From Candidatus Multivorans sp. (lineage in GTDB: Bacteria > Acidobacteriota > Thermoanaerobaculia > Multivoradales > Multivoraceae): a DNA stretch of 64,000 nucleotides. The notes beneath the pieces were generated by a model. The model had not been told where the DNA came from, made no database searches, and saw only the letters and a program-made list of their open reading frames with translations. The position numbers and the translations under genes are program-made. Shown in pieces: positions 55,962 through 64,000 of the stretch; the first letter of the stretch is position 1, and each line of letters starts with the position of its first letter. The stretch lies in assembly GCA_965220845.1 (NCBI GenBank), contig CBDCRA010000005.1, positions 16 through 64,015 on the forward strand. Reading direction: 5' to 3'.

Positions 55962-57167
55962 ATGAAGACAGGCCGATTCGCCTTGCTCGCCCTTGTCCCG
56001 CTGCTCTTCGCCGTTCCGGCCTTCGCCCAGGACGGCGCCGGGAACGAGAATGAGAGAGTGAAGGGCGCTCACGAGAACCAGTCGCCGGAGGCACGGCAGG
56101 ACGACCTCGGCATCACGGTGCCCATTCCGACGAGCCACCCGGGACGGCGCTATCCGGCGGACCACGAGTTCCCGACCGGTCCCGCGATCGGCGAGCGCCT
56201 GCCCGAGTTCGAGCTGCCGAACCAGAACGGCGAACTCGTCGACTTCCACGCGGACCGGGGCGACTCGAAGGCCATCGTCGTCTTCTACCGCTCCTCCGTC
56301 TGGTGACCGTACTGCCGCACGCAGCTGGTCGAGCTGCAAGAGAACATCGCGCTCTTCGACGCCGAGGGCATCAAGGTTTACGGCGTCAGCTACGACTCGG
56401 AGCAGCACCTGAAGGCCTTCGCCGACAGCAAGGACATCTCGTATGACCTGCTCTCCGACTACGACTCGGAAGTCATCAAGCGTTTCGGCATCCTGAACAC
56501 GACGATCGACCCCGACTCGGATGTGTTCAACCGCGCCACCGAGCGGGGGTTCTACGGCATTCCCTTCCCGGGCGTCTACGTCACCGACCGTGAGGGCCGG
56601 GTCACGGAGAAGTTCTTCCACCGGCACTACGCGACGCGCACTTCGGCCGGGACGATTCGAGACAGCGCGATCGGCCGCATCCTCGCCAAGCACGAGGCGC
56701 CGACCGCCGAACTGGGCGACGAGCACGTCGAGGTGTCCGTCTTCCTCGCCGACGAGGCGCTCAGGTTCGAGTACGCGAGCACCCTCCACGTGCGCTTCGA
56801 CGTCGCCGAGGGGTACCACATCTACGCCGACCCCCTGCCCGACGGCTTCATCGCATCGACGGCGACCGTCGTGCCGACCAAGGGCGTGCGGCTGGGCGAG
56901 CCGGTCTACCCGGCGACCCGTAAGCGTGAGTTCCCCCAGCTCGACGTGACGCTCAACGTCTACGAGGAAGGCGTGACCGACATCGCCATCCCGATCGCGC
57001 TGAACGCCGAGATTCTCAACTGGCCGATTCAGGACAAGCCGACCTCGATCGAGATTCCGGTCGACGTCGTCTACCAGGCCTGCAGCGAGACGGTCTGCTA
57101 CGTGCCGAAGGAAGAGACGGTCACGATCGAGGTGCCGATCGAACCACTGGTGATGCCGGGTCGGTAG
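55962..57167 (+). CDS. Candidate selenoprotein: periplasmic TlpA/ResA-like thiol-disulfide oxidoreductase with in-frame TGA (Sec) at 56304-56306 giving a U-P-Y-C redox motif, plus a ~190-aa C-terminal domain
   Basis: Track ORFs 55962-56306 and 56523-57167 are in the same frame and separated only by the TGA. Context VVFYRSSVW-[TGA]-PYCRTQLVEL matches redoxin WCxxC. Hairpin GCAGCT-GGTCG-AGCTGC at 56321-56337 (15 nt downstream). Signal peptide present. Confidence 0.65.
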
Positions 57168-57272
57168 CCAGTTCAGTCGCTTCATGGGCAAAGAGCCCGT
57201 CGATCTGACGGCGGCTTGATCGGCGACTAGAATCCCCTTAGCCGAAGCACGGCTAGAGGGAGCGTTCGACCC

Positions 57273-58619
57273 ATGACGGAACGCCGGATCGTCCAGGCCG
57301 AAACCCCCTGCGGGACAACGCCCGGGTACATGCCCGGATTCGGCAACGACTTCGAGACGGAGGCGCTGCCGGGGGCGTTGCCGCAGGGCCAGAACAGTCC
57401 GCAGCGCTGCGCCTATGGCCTGTATGCGGAACAGCTCTCGGGCACACCCTTCACCGCGCCGCAGGGCGAGAACGAACGCACCTGGTGCTACCGCATCCGT
57501 CCGTCGGTCAGGCACACGTCGCGCTTCCGGAGCATCGACCTGCCCTACTGGCGTACGGCTCCGCACATCGTCGACGACGTCATCTCGCTCGGGCAGTACC
57601 GCTGGGATCCGGCGCCCCACACGACCGAGGCGCTGACCTTCCTGACCGGTATGCGCACGATGACGACCGCCGGCGACGTCAACACCCAGGTGGGCATGGC
57701 CGCGCACGTCTACCTCGCCACCGAGAGCATGGTCGACGAGTACTTCTACTCGGCGGACTCGGAACTGCTCGTCGTGCCCCAGGACGGCCGGCTCGTGTTC
57801 TGGACGGAACTCGGGCGGATCGACCTCGAGCCGCGCGAGATCGCGATCCTGCCGCGCGGCATGGTCTTTCGCGTCGAGGTCACAGACGGCCCGGCACGGG
57901 GCTTCGTGTGCGAGAACTACGGCGCGAAGTTCGGCCTGCCCAACCGCGGGCCGATCGGCGCCAACTGCCTCGCCAACCCGCGCGACTTCAAGACCCCCGT
58001 GGCGGCGTTCGAGGACCGCGAGGTCCCGTCACGGCTGGTGGTGAAGTGGTGCGGCCGCTTCCACGCGACGGACATCGACCAGTCTCCGCTCGACATCGTC
58101 GCCTGGCACGGCAACTACGCGCCCTCGAAGTACGACCTGGAGGCGTTCGCGCCGGTCGGCGCCGTTCTCTTCGACCACCCCGACCCTTCGATCTTCACGG
58201 TCCTGACCGCGCCGTCGGGCGTGCCGGGTACCGCCAACATCGACTTCGTGCTCTTTCGCGATCGCTGGAGCGTCGCCGAGCACACCTTCCGGCCGCCGTG
58301 GTACCACAAGAACATCATGTCCGAGCTGATGGGCAACATCCACGGCATCTACGACGCCAAGCCCGAGGGCTTCGCGCCGGGGGGTCTGTCGCTGCACAAC
58401 ATGATGCTGCCCCACGGCCCGGACGCCGACGCCTTCGAGGCCGCGACGTCCGCTGAACTGGCTCCGAAGAAGCTGGAGAACACGATGAGCTTCATGTTCG
58501 AGACCCGCTTCCCGCAGCACCTGACCGAGTTCGCGGCGCGGGAGGCGCCGCTCCAGGACGACTACACGGACTGCTGGACGGGGCTCGAGAAGCGCTTCGA
58601 CCCGGGCGACGGCGGGTGA
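57273..58619 (+). CDS. hmgA: Homogentisate 1,2-dioxygenase
   Basis: 448 aa. Characteristic HGD N-terminus ([42 protein letters not shown]) and cupin core. Confidence 0.9.
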   Translation: MTERRIVQAETPCGTTPGYMPGFGNDFETEALPGALPQGQNSPQRCAYGLYAEQLSGTPFTAPQGENERTWCYRIRPSVRHTSRFRSIDLPYWRTAPHIVDDVISLGQYRWDPAPHTTEALTFLTGMRTMTTAGDVNTQVGMAAHVYLATESMVDEYFYSADSELLVVPQDGRLVFWTELGRIDLEPREIAILPRGMVFRVEVTDGPARGFVCENYGAKFGLPNRGPIGANCLANPRDFKTPVAAFEDREVPSRLVVKWCGRFHATDIDQSPLDIVAWHGNYAPSKYDLEAFAPVGAVLFDHPDPSIFTVLTAPSGVPGTANIDFVLFRDRWSVAEHTFRPPWYHKNIMSELMGNIHGIYDAKPEGFAPGGLSLHNMMLPHGPDADAFEAATSAELAPKKLENTMSFMFETRFPQHLTEFAAREAPLQDDYTDCWTGLEKRFDPGDGG

Positions 58620-58631
58620 CGGGCTGACGGG

Positions 58632-59606
58632 CTACGTCTTCGCCACCTGCTCGAACAGCCACGGGCAATCGATGAAGGGCGGAGACTGGACGCCGCGCGA
58701 GGCGAGATCGATCCGGAAGTTGCGCGCCATGGTCCGGGCGTCGTCCGGCAGGTCGACCCAGTCGTGGCCCCAGAGGCTCGGGCCGTCGAACAGTTCGACG
58801 GGCTGCCAGGTCTCCGGGTCGATGATCCGGCCGCCCCAGCCATTCTCGACGAAGAAGCCGGAGGGCGTCCGGGCGTAGAAGGACGTCATGAAATCATTGG
58901 TGTGCCGGCCGAGGGTGAAGCCCACCCGGTCTTCCGTCGCCCCGGCCAGGTCGTAGCCCTGGCCGACGTCGTCGAGGGACTGGAACTCGACCATGAAGTG
59001 GTGGAAGCCCTTCTGCCCGGAGGCGATCATCGCCAGGCTGTGGTGGCGACCGTTGACGTGCAGGAAATGGATGGGGACGACCGGCATGTTGCCGAAGTCG
59101 CTGAGCTCGAAGCCCAGGAGGTCGCGGTAGAAGGCCAGTTGCTTCTCGATGTCGGTGACGTGCAGCACCGCGTGCCCCATGCCCAGCGGGCCGGTCTTGA
59201 AGCCCGAAATCGTCCTGCCCGGCACGAACGGGTCGCTCGTGCGCATGGGCTTCCAGACCAGCTCGACGCGGTTCCCGTCCGGGTCGTGGCAGACGAGAAG
59301 ACGCTCGACGAAGCGCCGGTCGGCGAGCTCGGAGCTGCCCCATTCCACCTCGACGCCCGCCGCGTCGAGCTTCGTGGCGAAGCCCTCGAGATCGTCCTCG
59401 CCGGCGACCTCCCAGCCCATGAAGGAGAGCGTGTCGCCCGGTTCGTCGGAGACCAGCAGGCGCTGCTCGAAGTTGTCCATCCGGTAGGAGAGGGACTTGC
59501 CCCCGCGGTCGACCTGCTGCATGCCGAGCAGGTTGCAGGCGAAGTCGTTCCAGTCTTCCAGCTTGTCCGAGCGGACACCGAGGTAGGCGAGGGCGGCTGT
59601 GCTCAT
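58632..59606 (-). CDS. Type I extradiol dioxygenase (VOC; dihydroxybiphenyl/catechol 2,3-dioxygenase-like)
   Basis: 324 aa from ATG 59606 (MSTAALAYLGVRS). Two VOC modules. HAVLHV and HHSLAMI motifs. Confidence 0.8.
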   Translation of the reverse strand: MSTAALAYLGVRSDKLEDWNDFACNLLGMQQVDRGGKSLSYRMDNFEQRLLVSDEPGDTLSFMGWEVAGEDDLEGFATKLDAAGVEVEWGSSELADRRFVERLLVCHDPDGNRVELVWKPMRTSDPFVPGRTISGFKTGPLGMGHAVLHVTDIEKQLAFYRDLLGFELSDFGNMPVVPIHFLHVNGRHHSLAMIASGQKGFHHFMVEFQSLDDVGQGYDLAGATEDRVGFTLGRHTNDFMTSFYARTPSGFFVENGWGGRIIDPETWQPVELFDGPSLWGHDWVDLPDDARTMARNFRIDLASRGVQSPPFIDCPWLFEQVAKT

Positions 59607-59692
59607 CGTCGGCTCTCCTTGTGGAAGGGGATTCTGCATTCTTGTAGCGTGGGTGCGTCTTCGCAAGCGAAAGCAGGAGGGAACGGACTTAG

Positions 59693-61222
59693 GTGATGAG
59701 GACGGAACACGGGATCGTGCTCGCGACGGTCATCCTCCTGCTCGGCTGTACGCCGGCCGAGGAGGCCGGGGAAGCGGGAGCGCAACGGCCGCCCAACGTC
59801 GTGCTCATCGTCGCCGACGACCTCGGCTGGCGCGACGTCAGCTTCAACGGCGGCGACATCGCCACCCCCCACATCGACCGCATCGCCGCGGAGGGCGTCA
59901 GGCTCGATCGCTTCTACGTGGCGCCGATCTGCTCGCCGACTCGCGCCGGCCTGATGACCGGCCGGCATCCGATCCGTTACGGGATGATGCGCGGCGTCGT
60001 CATGGGGTACCACGACTACGGTCTCGATCCCGAGGCGACTCTCATCCCTGAGGTGCTCGCCGATGCCGGCTACGAGCAGCGCGGCCTCGTCGGCAAGTGG
60101 CATCTGGGTCTGTCGCGCAGCGAGTACCACCCCCTCGAGCGCGGCTTCACGCGTTTCGTCGGCCACCTCGGCTGGGGCTTCGACTACTTCACGCACGAGC
60201 GCTACGGCGAGGTCGACTGGTTCCACGACGAGGAGTCGGTCGACGAGCCGGGCTACAGCACGGATCTGATCTCCGAGCACGCGGTGCGCTTCGTTCGCGA
60301 GCACGCCGACGGTGACGCGCCCTTCTTCCTGTTCGTGCCCTACAACGCGCCGCACTCGCCGTTCCAGGCGAAGGAAGAGGATCTGCCGCGGTATGCCGAC
60401 CTCGAGCCGGTGCCGATCGAGGCGGTCGTCGGCGCGGGGGTACCGCCCGAGAAGTACGAGTGGTTCGGCGGTCACGCGATGAGCCGGGCGCGCCTCGAGG
60501 ACGTGGAAGGCCGTCTCCGGAACCGCAGGATCACCGGCGCGATGGTCCACTCGATGGATGTCGGCATCGGCCGCATCCTCGATGCCCTGGACGAGGCCGG
60601 CGTGGCGGACGACACTCTGGTGTGGTTCTTCTCGGACAACGGCGGCGACACCGGCATCGGCGAGAACCGCCCGTTTCGCGGCTCCAAGGGCAACGTCTTC
60701 GAAGGCGGCATCCGGGTCGCGGCGGCGGCTCGCTGGCCCGCCGGCGGGGTGAGCGGCGGCGGCTCGATCGACGCGCCGCTCAACTATCTCGACGTGTTGC
60801 CGACGCTGATGGAGGCCGCGGCCCTTTCGGACCGTCCCGACCTCGAGCTGGACGGCCGCGATGCCCTGCCGGCGCTTCGGGGCGGCGATGTCGCCGGCGA
60901 CCGCGACTTCTACTCCTGGTGCGCCCAGTTGAGCAACGAGCGCGAGCAGCTCATGGCGATGGAAGGGGATTGGAAGCTGATCGTGATCGGCCCCGAGCCG
61001 CTCGACCGCGCGGCGCTCGCCGAATCGCAGACCATGCTCTTTCACCTCGGAGACGATCCCGGCGAGCAGAACGACCTGTCGGCCGAGCACCCGGAGATCG
61101 TCGCGCGCCTGACCGGGAAGGCGCTTGCGTTTCGCGCCCTGCAGCCGGAGGAGCATGTGCCGATCTTCTGGGAAGGTCGTGACGGGTTCGTGGCGCCGCC
61201 GAGGTGGCGGCTCGCGGAGTGA
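59693..61222 (+). CDS. Formylglycine-type arylsulfatase, secreted
   Basis: C-x-P-x-R motif (CSPTRAGLMTGRHP). 509 aa. Signal peptide. Confidence 0.9.
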   Translation: MMRTEHGIVLATVILLLGCTPAEEAGEAGAQRPPNVVLIVADDLGWRDVSFNGGDIATPHIDRIAAEGVRLDRFYVAPICSPTRAGLMTGRHPIRYGMMRGVVMGYHDYGLDPEATLIPEVLADAGYEQRGLVGKWHLGLSRSEYHPLERGFTRFVGHLGWGFDYFTHERYGEVDWFHDEESVDEPGYSTDLISEHAVRFVREHADGDAPFFLFVPYNAPHSPFQAKEEDLPRYADLEPVPIEAVVGAGVPPEKYEWFGGHAMSRARLEDVEGRLRNRRITGAMVHSMDVGIGRILDALDEAGVADDTLVWFFSDNGGDTGIGENRPFRGSKGNVFEGGIRVAAAARWPAGGVSGGGSIDAPLNYLDVLPTLMEAAALSDRPDLELDGRDALPALRGGDVAGDRDFYSWCAQLSNEREQLMAMEGDWKLIVIGPEPLDRAALAESQTMLFHLGDDPGEQNDLSAEHPEIVARLTGKALAFRALQPEEHVPIFWEGRDGFVAPPRWRLAE

Positions 61223-61261
61223 CGATCACGCCTCGCCGGAACATCCAAAGGAGAAGCCGAA

Positions 61262-62125
61262 GTGAATGACCGGTCTTGGTTGATGGCTGCGATAACCGCA
61301 GGAGTGCTCGCTGCGGCAGTCGCCGGAGGCGGTGCCGCGGCGCAGGACGCGAACGGCGAGACGGCGCGCCCGGTGTCGGCCTTCTTCGGGTTGGACAACG
61401 CCCTGCCGGCCGGGGCGAATCTCCTCTGCCAGGGCGCGGCCGGGCAGGACGGCATGCCGGTCGTGCTGTCCCATACCGTGGACGCGGAGACCTTGCAGCC
61501 CGGGGACTTCCGGATCGTCACGCAGTCGGGGTCTGAACGCACTCCCCACTGCCTGACCCTCAGGCCGGCCGGCGATCCAGGCGAACTCAGGACCGTGCTC
61601 CTCATCGGCGAGTTCGGCAACGCGGACGACGACCCACCGGTGAAGGTGCTCGTTGTCGACGATCTGCTTTCGGATGGAGTAACTGGCGAGCCGGTGAACT
61701 TCCGCGGCACGGAGACTGATGTCACGCCGCTCGATGCCGGGCCCTCTCTCGTGCTGGCGGAGGTCGTACCCGAGGACCGATGGTCAACGGAGAGCCGGGG
61801 GACCGCCTGCCCGGAAGGCACCCAGCAGGTGGTTCGGGCGACCTGGGCCGGAGGCGTACGACTGCCGAATGGCGACGAACTTGGCGACGCCGAGCGCGCC
61901 CTGTATCGCGTGACGGTGGGGCGGCCGGACGGTTCGAGTGACGAGATCGCTCCGGCGGCGCTCGCGGATCTGGGGGACCGGGACAACAACCACCTTCTGT
62001 GCCTCGATACGTCCGCCCCGGCGGTCTCGGTCAGCTTCCCGGGCGGCCATCTGGTCGACCCCAATCAGGACCTGAATCCCGACACGCGGGTCGACGTCAA
62101 GAGTGCTTCGTCGGAGGCGCCCTGA
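61262..62125 (+). CDS. Hypothetical secreted protein
   Basis: 287 aa. N-terminal signal (MNDRSWLMAAITAGVLAAAVAGGGAAAQ). No recognised domain. Confidence 0.5.
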   Translation: MNDRSWLMAAITAGVLAAAVAGGGAAAQDANGETARPVSAFFGLDNALPAGANLLCQGAAGQDGMPVVLSHTVDAETLQPGDFRIVTQSGSERTPHCLTLRPAGDPGELRTVLLIGEFGNADDDPPVKVLVVDDLLSDGVTGEPVNFRGTETDVTPLDAGPSLVLAEVVPEDRWSTESRGTACPEGTQQVVRATWAGGVRLPNGDELGDAERALYRVTVGRPDGSSDEIAPAALADLGDRDNNHLLCLDTSAPAVSVSFPGGHLVDPNQDLNPDTRVDVKSASSEAP

Positions 62126-62168
62126 CCGCGGGCAGGCTGTGCTAGATTGCGCGGCCCTGCGCACGCGT

Positions 62169-62244
62169 GGCCCGTTCGTCTAGGGGTCTAGGACGCTGGC
62201 CTCTCACGCCAGTAACACGGGTTCGAATCCCGTACGGGCTACCA
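62169..62244 (+). tRNA. tRNA-Glu (anticodon CUC)
   Basis: 76 nt. Acceptor stem GGCCCGU/ACGGGCU. Anticodon loop C-U-CUC-A-C. T-arm GGGTTCGAATCCC. 3' CCA encoded. Confidence 0.85.
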
Positions 62245-62315
62245 GCGCGCGTGTGGGTGGTTCGCCCCGGCGGGCTCGGAATCAGGCCTTGCCGCGGTGG
62301 TGTTAGGTTGCCGTA

Positions 62316-64000
62316 GTGTCTCTCCGACGCGGCATCATCTGGTGTGCCTCCGGACTGCTGGCAGCGGCCCTGGGGCTTTCGCTGCTCGCGCCGGCGTCGG
62401 CGCAGAGGGACGACGAGCCGGAAACGGTCATCCTCTCCCACGAGGCGGGGACGATCGTCGTCGGCCGTGACTCCGAGCCACTACCCTGGGCCCGCTCTTC
62501 CTCCGGGCCGCTGGTCGCGCTGGGTTCCGTCGTCGATGTGCTGGGAGGGGACCTCGAGATCGGTCCGCTCGGCGAGGCGCACACGGTTCGCGTAGCGGGG
62601 CGGGAGGTCGTGCTCGGACCCCTGAGCAGGACGGTCATGGTCGACGGCGAGGTCCACCACCTGTCGATCCGGCCGTGGATCGAGCCGGAACCGGTGTACC
62701 CGGACGAAGAGGACGAGGACGACGGGGAAGCGTCGGAGCCGGAAGAGGATGGCGAGGAGGAAGAGCCCGAGCTGCCCCCTGAGCCAATCGAGCCGCGCAA
62801 GCTGTTCGTGCCGGTCGACGCGTTGGCACGGGCGTATCCGGAGACGCTCGGCTACCGCTTCGACTTCGACCGGCGGCGGGGCCTGCTTCGCGTCGACAGG
62901 ACGGGCGAACGCCGTCTCGACGTGGAGGTGGACCGCGTTCACGACCTCGGCGCCACGACGCTCGTCGTGACCTTCTCCGGCCGGCCTCGCTTCCAGGTCG
63001 ATCGTTACCGCGCCGGCGTGCGGCTGCGGCTGCTGAGCGGGGTCATGGAGCCGCGCCGCCGGGTGCGGTTGAACGATCCCCTCGTGCGCTGGATCGAAGT
63101 GCGGGAGCGTTCGGTCGACATCGGCCTGGCGCCTCGCGCCGAGGCGTCCGAGCCGTACCTCCTGGGCCGTCCGCCGCGGGTCCAGCTCGTCCTCGACATC
63201 ACGCGGGGCCGGCCGGGACTTCAGCCGCGCGCGACGTCGCGGCCGGAGGAGGAACGGCGCGAGTTCCGGATCGTCCTCGATCCGGGTCATGGCGGGACGG
63301 ACAACGGCGTTCGGGCGCCGTTCGGCCAGAGCGAGAAGAACCTCGCGCTCAGGATCGCCGAGGCGCTCAGGTCGCACCTGGAATCCGAGCTGGGGGCGCG
63401 CGTCGTGCTGACCCGCAACGGCGACAGCACGGTCACGCTCGAGAATCGCACCTCCCTGGCCAACCAGTACGAGGCCGACCTCTTCGTGTCGCTGCACGTG
63501 AGCGGCGACGCGGCGCTCCTGCCGGGAAGCGCGTTCCAGACGTGGGTTCTCGATCCGCCTCCGGCGACGCTCGTGCCCGAGGAGGCTGAATCGGCAGCGG
63601 ACCTGGAAGTGGACCCGGAGGCAGACCCGGCTCTCGAAGCCGCCGAGGACGCGGCGGAACCGGACGCCCTTGAAGGCGAGGTGTTCGACGACCTGGAGTC
63701 CGAACCGGAGGAGGAAGAGCCTCCGGTCGTGATCCCGCCGCTCGAGCCCTGGGACCGGGTGCAGGACGGCCAGCTCGAGCGCAGCGCGCTGCTGGCCCGG
63801 CTGATCCAGACCCAGGTCGGCGACGCGCTCGGACTGCCGAACCGGGGCTTCCAGCGCGCGCCCCTGCGGGTGTTGACCGGGGCGTCGATGCCGGCGGTCC
63901 TGATCGAGTTCGGGTACGACGAGGTCGAGGACGGCGAGGGCGAGAAGACCCCGGTCTTCGACGGTCCGCGCGGCCGCGAGGTGTTCGAGGCGATCGGCCG
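62316..64000 (+). CDS. N-acetylmuramoyl-L-alanine amidase (Amidase_3, AmiC-like) with N-terminal AMIN-like region; 3' end beyond the window
   Basis: GTG 62316 (VSLRRGIIWCASGLLAAALGLSLLAPASAQ signal). Amidase_3 motifs (IVLDPGHGGTDNG, EADLFVSLHVSG, RAPLRVLTGASMPAVLIEFGY). Not in the ORF track because it is truncated. Confidence 0.75.
   Translation, partial: MSLRRGIIWCASGLLAAALGLSLLAPASAQRDDEPETVILSHEAGTIVVGRDSEPLPWARSSSGPLVALGSVVDVLGGDLEIGPLGEAHTVRVAGREVVLGPLSRTVMVDGEVHHLSIRPWIEPEPVYPDEEDEDDGEASEPEEDGEEEEPELPPEPIEPRKLFVPVDALARAYPETLGYRFDFDRRRGLLRVDRTGERRLDVEVDRVHDLGATTLVVTFSGRPRFQVDRYRAGVRLRLLSGVMEPRRRVRLNDPLVRWIEVRERSVDIGLAPRAEASEPYLLGRPPRVQLVLDITRGRPGLQPRATSRPEEERREFRIVLDPGHGGTDNGVRAPFGQSEKNLALRIAEALRSHLESELGARVVLTRNGDSTVTLENRTSLANQYEADLFVSLHVSGDAALLPGSAFQTWVLDPPPATLVPEEAESAADLEVDPEADPALEAAEDAAEPDALEGEVFDDLESEPEEEEPPVVIPPLEPWDRVQDGQLERSALLARLIQTQVGDALGLPNRGFQRAPLRVLTGASMPAVLIEFGYDEVEDGEGEKTPVFDGPRGREVFEAIG

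Noticed and set aside
62303-63497. - strand ORFs (165 aa, 338 aa)
   Set aside because: Antisense to the amidase gene. The amidase has clear Amidase_3 motifs on the + strand but is missing from the track only because it is truncated by the window end.

Overview
This 64 kb window is GC-rich (about 68-70% GC) and gene-dense. It is probably from an Acidobacteriota-like organism. The evidence is a TIGR03436-type 'VWFA-related acidobacterial' protein, TonB-dependent receptors with an N-terminal carboxypeptidase-regulatory-like fold, CRTAC1/TPR clusters and many formylglycine-type sulfatases. In order along the window: (1) 3.4-12.3 kb: a nine-gene, translationally coupled + strand block. It encodes an amino-acid/amine permease, a glutamine-synthetase-like gamma-glutamyl ligase, a cytochrome P450, a PuuD-like gamma-glutamyl hydrolase, an ADC-family protein, an FAH-family protein, an aldehyde dehydrogenase and an extradiol dioxygenase, with a divergent TetR gene. 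This looks like an IpuC/IpuD/IpuF-type 'gamma-glutamylate, hydroxylate, deglutamylate' amine route joined to a meta-cleavage module. (2) 13-26 kb: a sulfatase fused in frame to a DJ-1/PfpI domain, then a glycoside-use locus (Na+/solute symporter, GH3 beta-glucosidase, TonB-dependent receptor, LacI regulator with two operator-like sites) and an MFS transporter. (3) 26-33 kb: an acidobacterial VWFA / TPR / TPR / CRTAC1 cluster. (4) 33-38.6 kb: a VapBC pair, a secreted protein with two CxxCH motifs, a TauD-family dioxygenase, a DUF4143-type ATPase and a lipoprotein esterase. (5) 38.65-41.2 kb: a lower-GC islet with a decayed IS1595-family transposase pseudogene and two unknown ORFs. (6) 41.2-52 kb: the most unusual locus. 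An RtcR-like regulator (CARF domain, sigma-54 AAA+ activator, HTH) sits directly upstream of a textbook sigma-54 promoter (TGGCAC-N5-TTGCT). The promoter drives a tightly coupled operon: a Type I restriction R subunit with a LexA-like S24 self-cleaving peptidase domain inserted into its N-terminal nuclease region, HsdM, HsdS, an ABC/OLD-type AAA_21 ATPase, an unknown partner, and a HEPN/MNT pair. (7) 52-62 kb: a frameshifted 2OG-Fe(II) oxygenase fusion; two further sulfatases; a candidate selenoprotein (a TlpA-like thiol-disulfide oxidoreductase with an in-frame TGA giving a U-P-Y-C motif and a downstream bSECIS-like hairpin); homogentisate 1,2-dioxygenase; and a second extradiol dioxygenase. 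(8) 62.1-64.0 kb: tRNA-Glu(CUC) and the 5' part of an N-acetylmuramoyl-L-alanine amidase gene. A family of REP-like palindromic repeats (core CTGGGTGCGC) occurs at least seven times, mostly over the 5' ends of genes for secreted proteins. Many long ORFs in the supplied track are antisense or out-of-frame artefacts of the high GC content and were not called.
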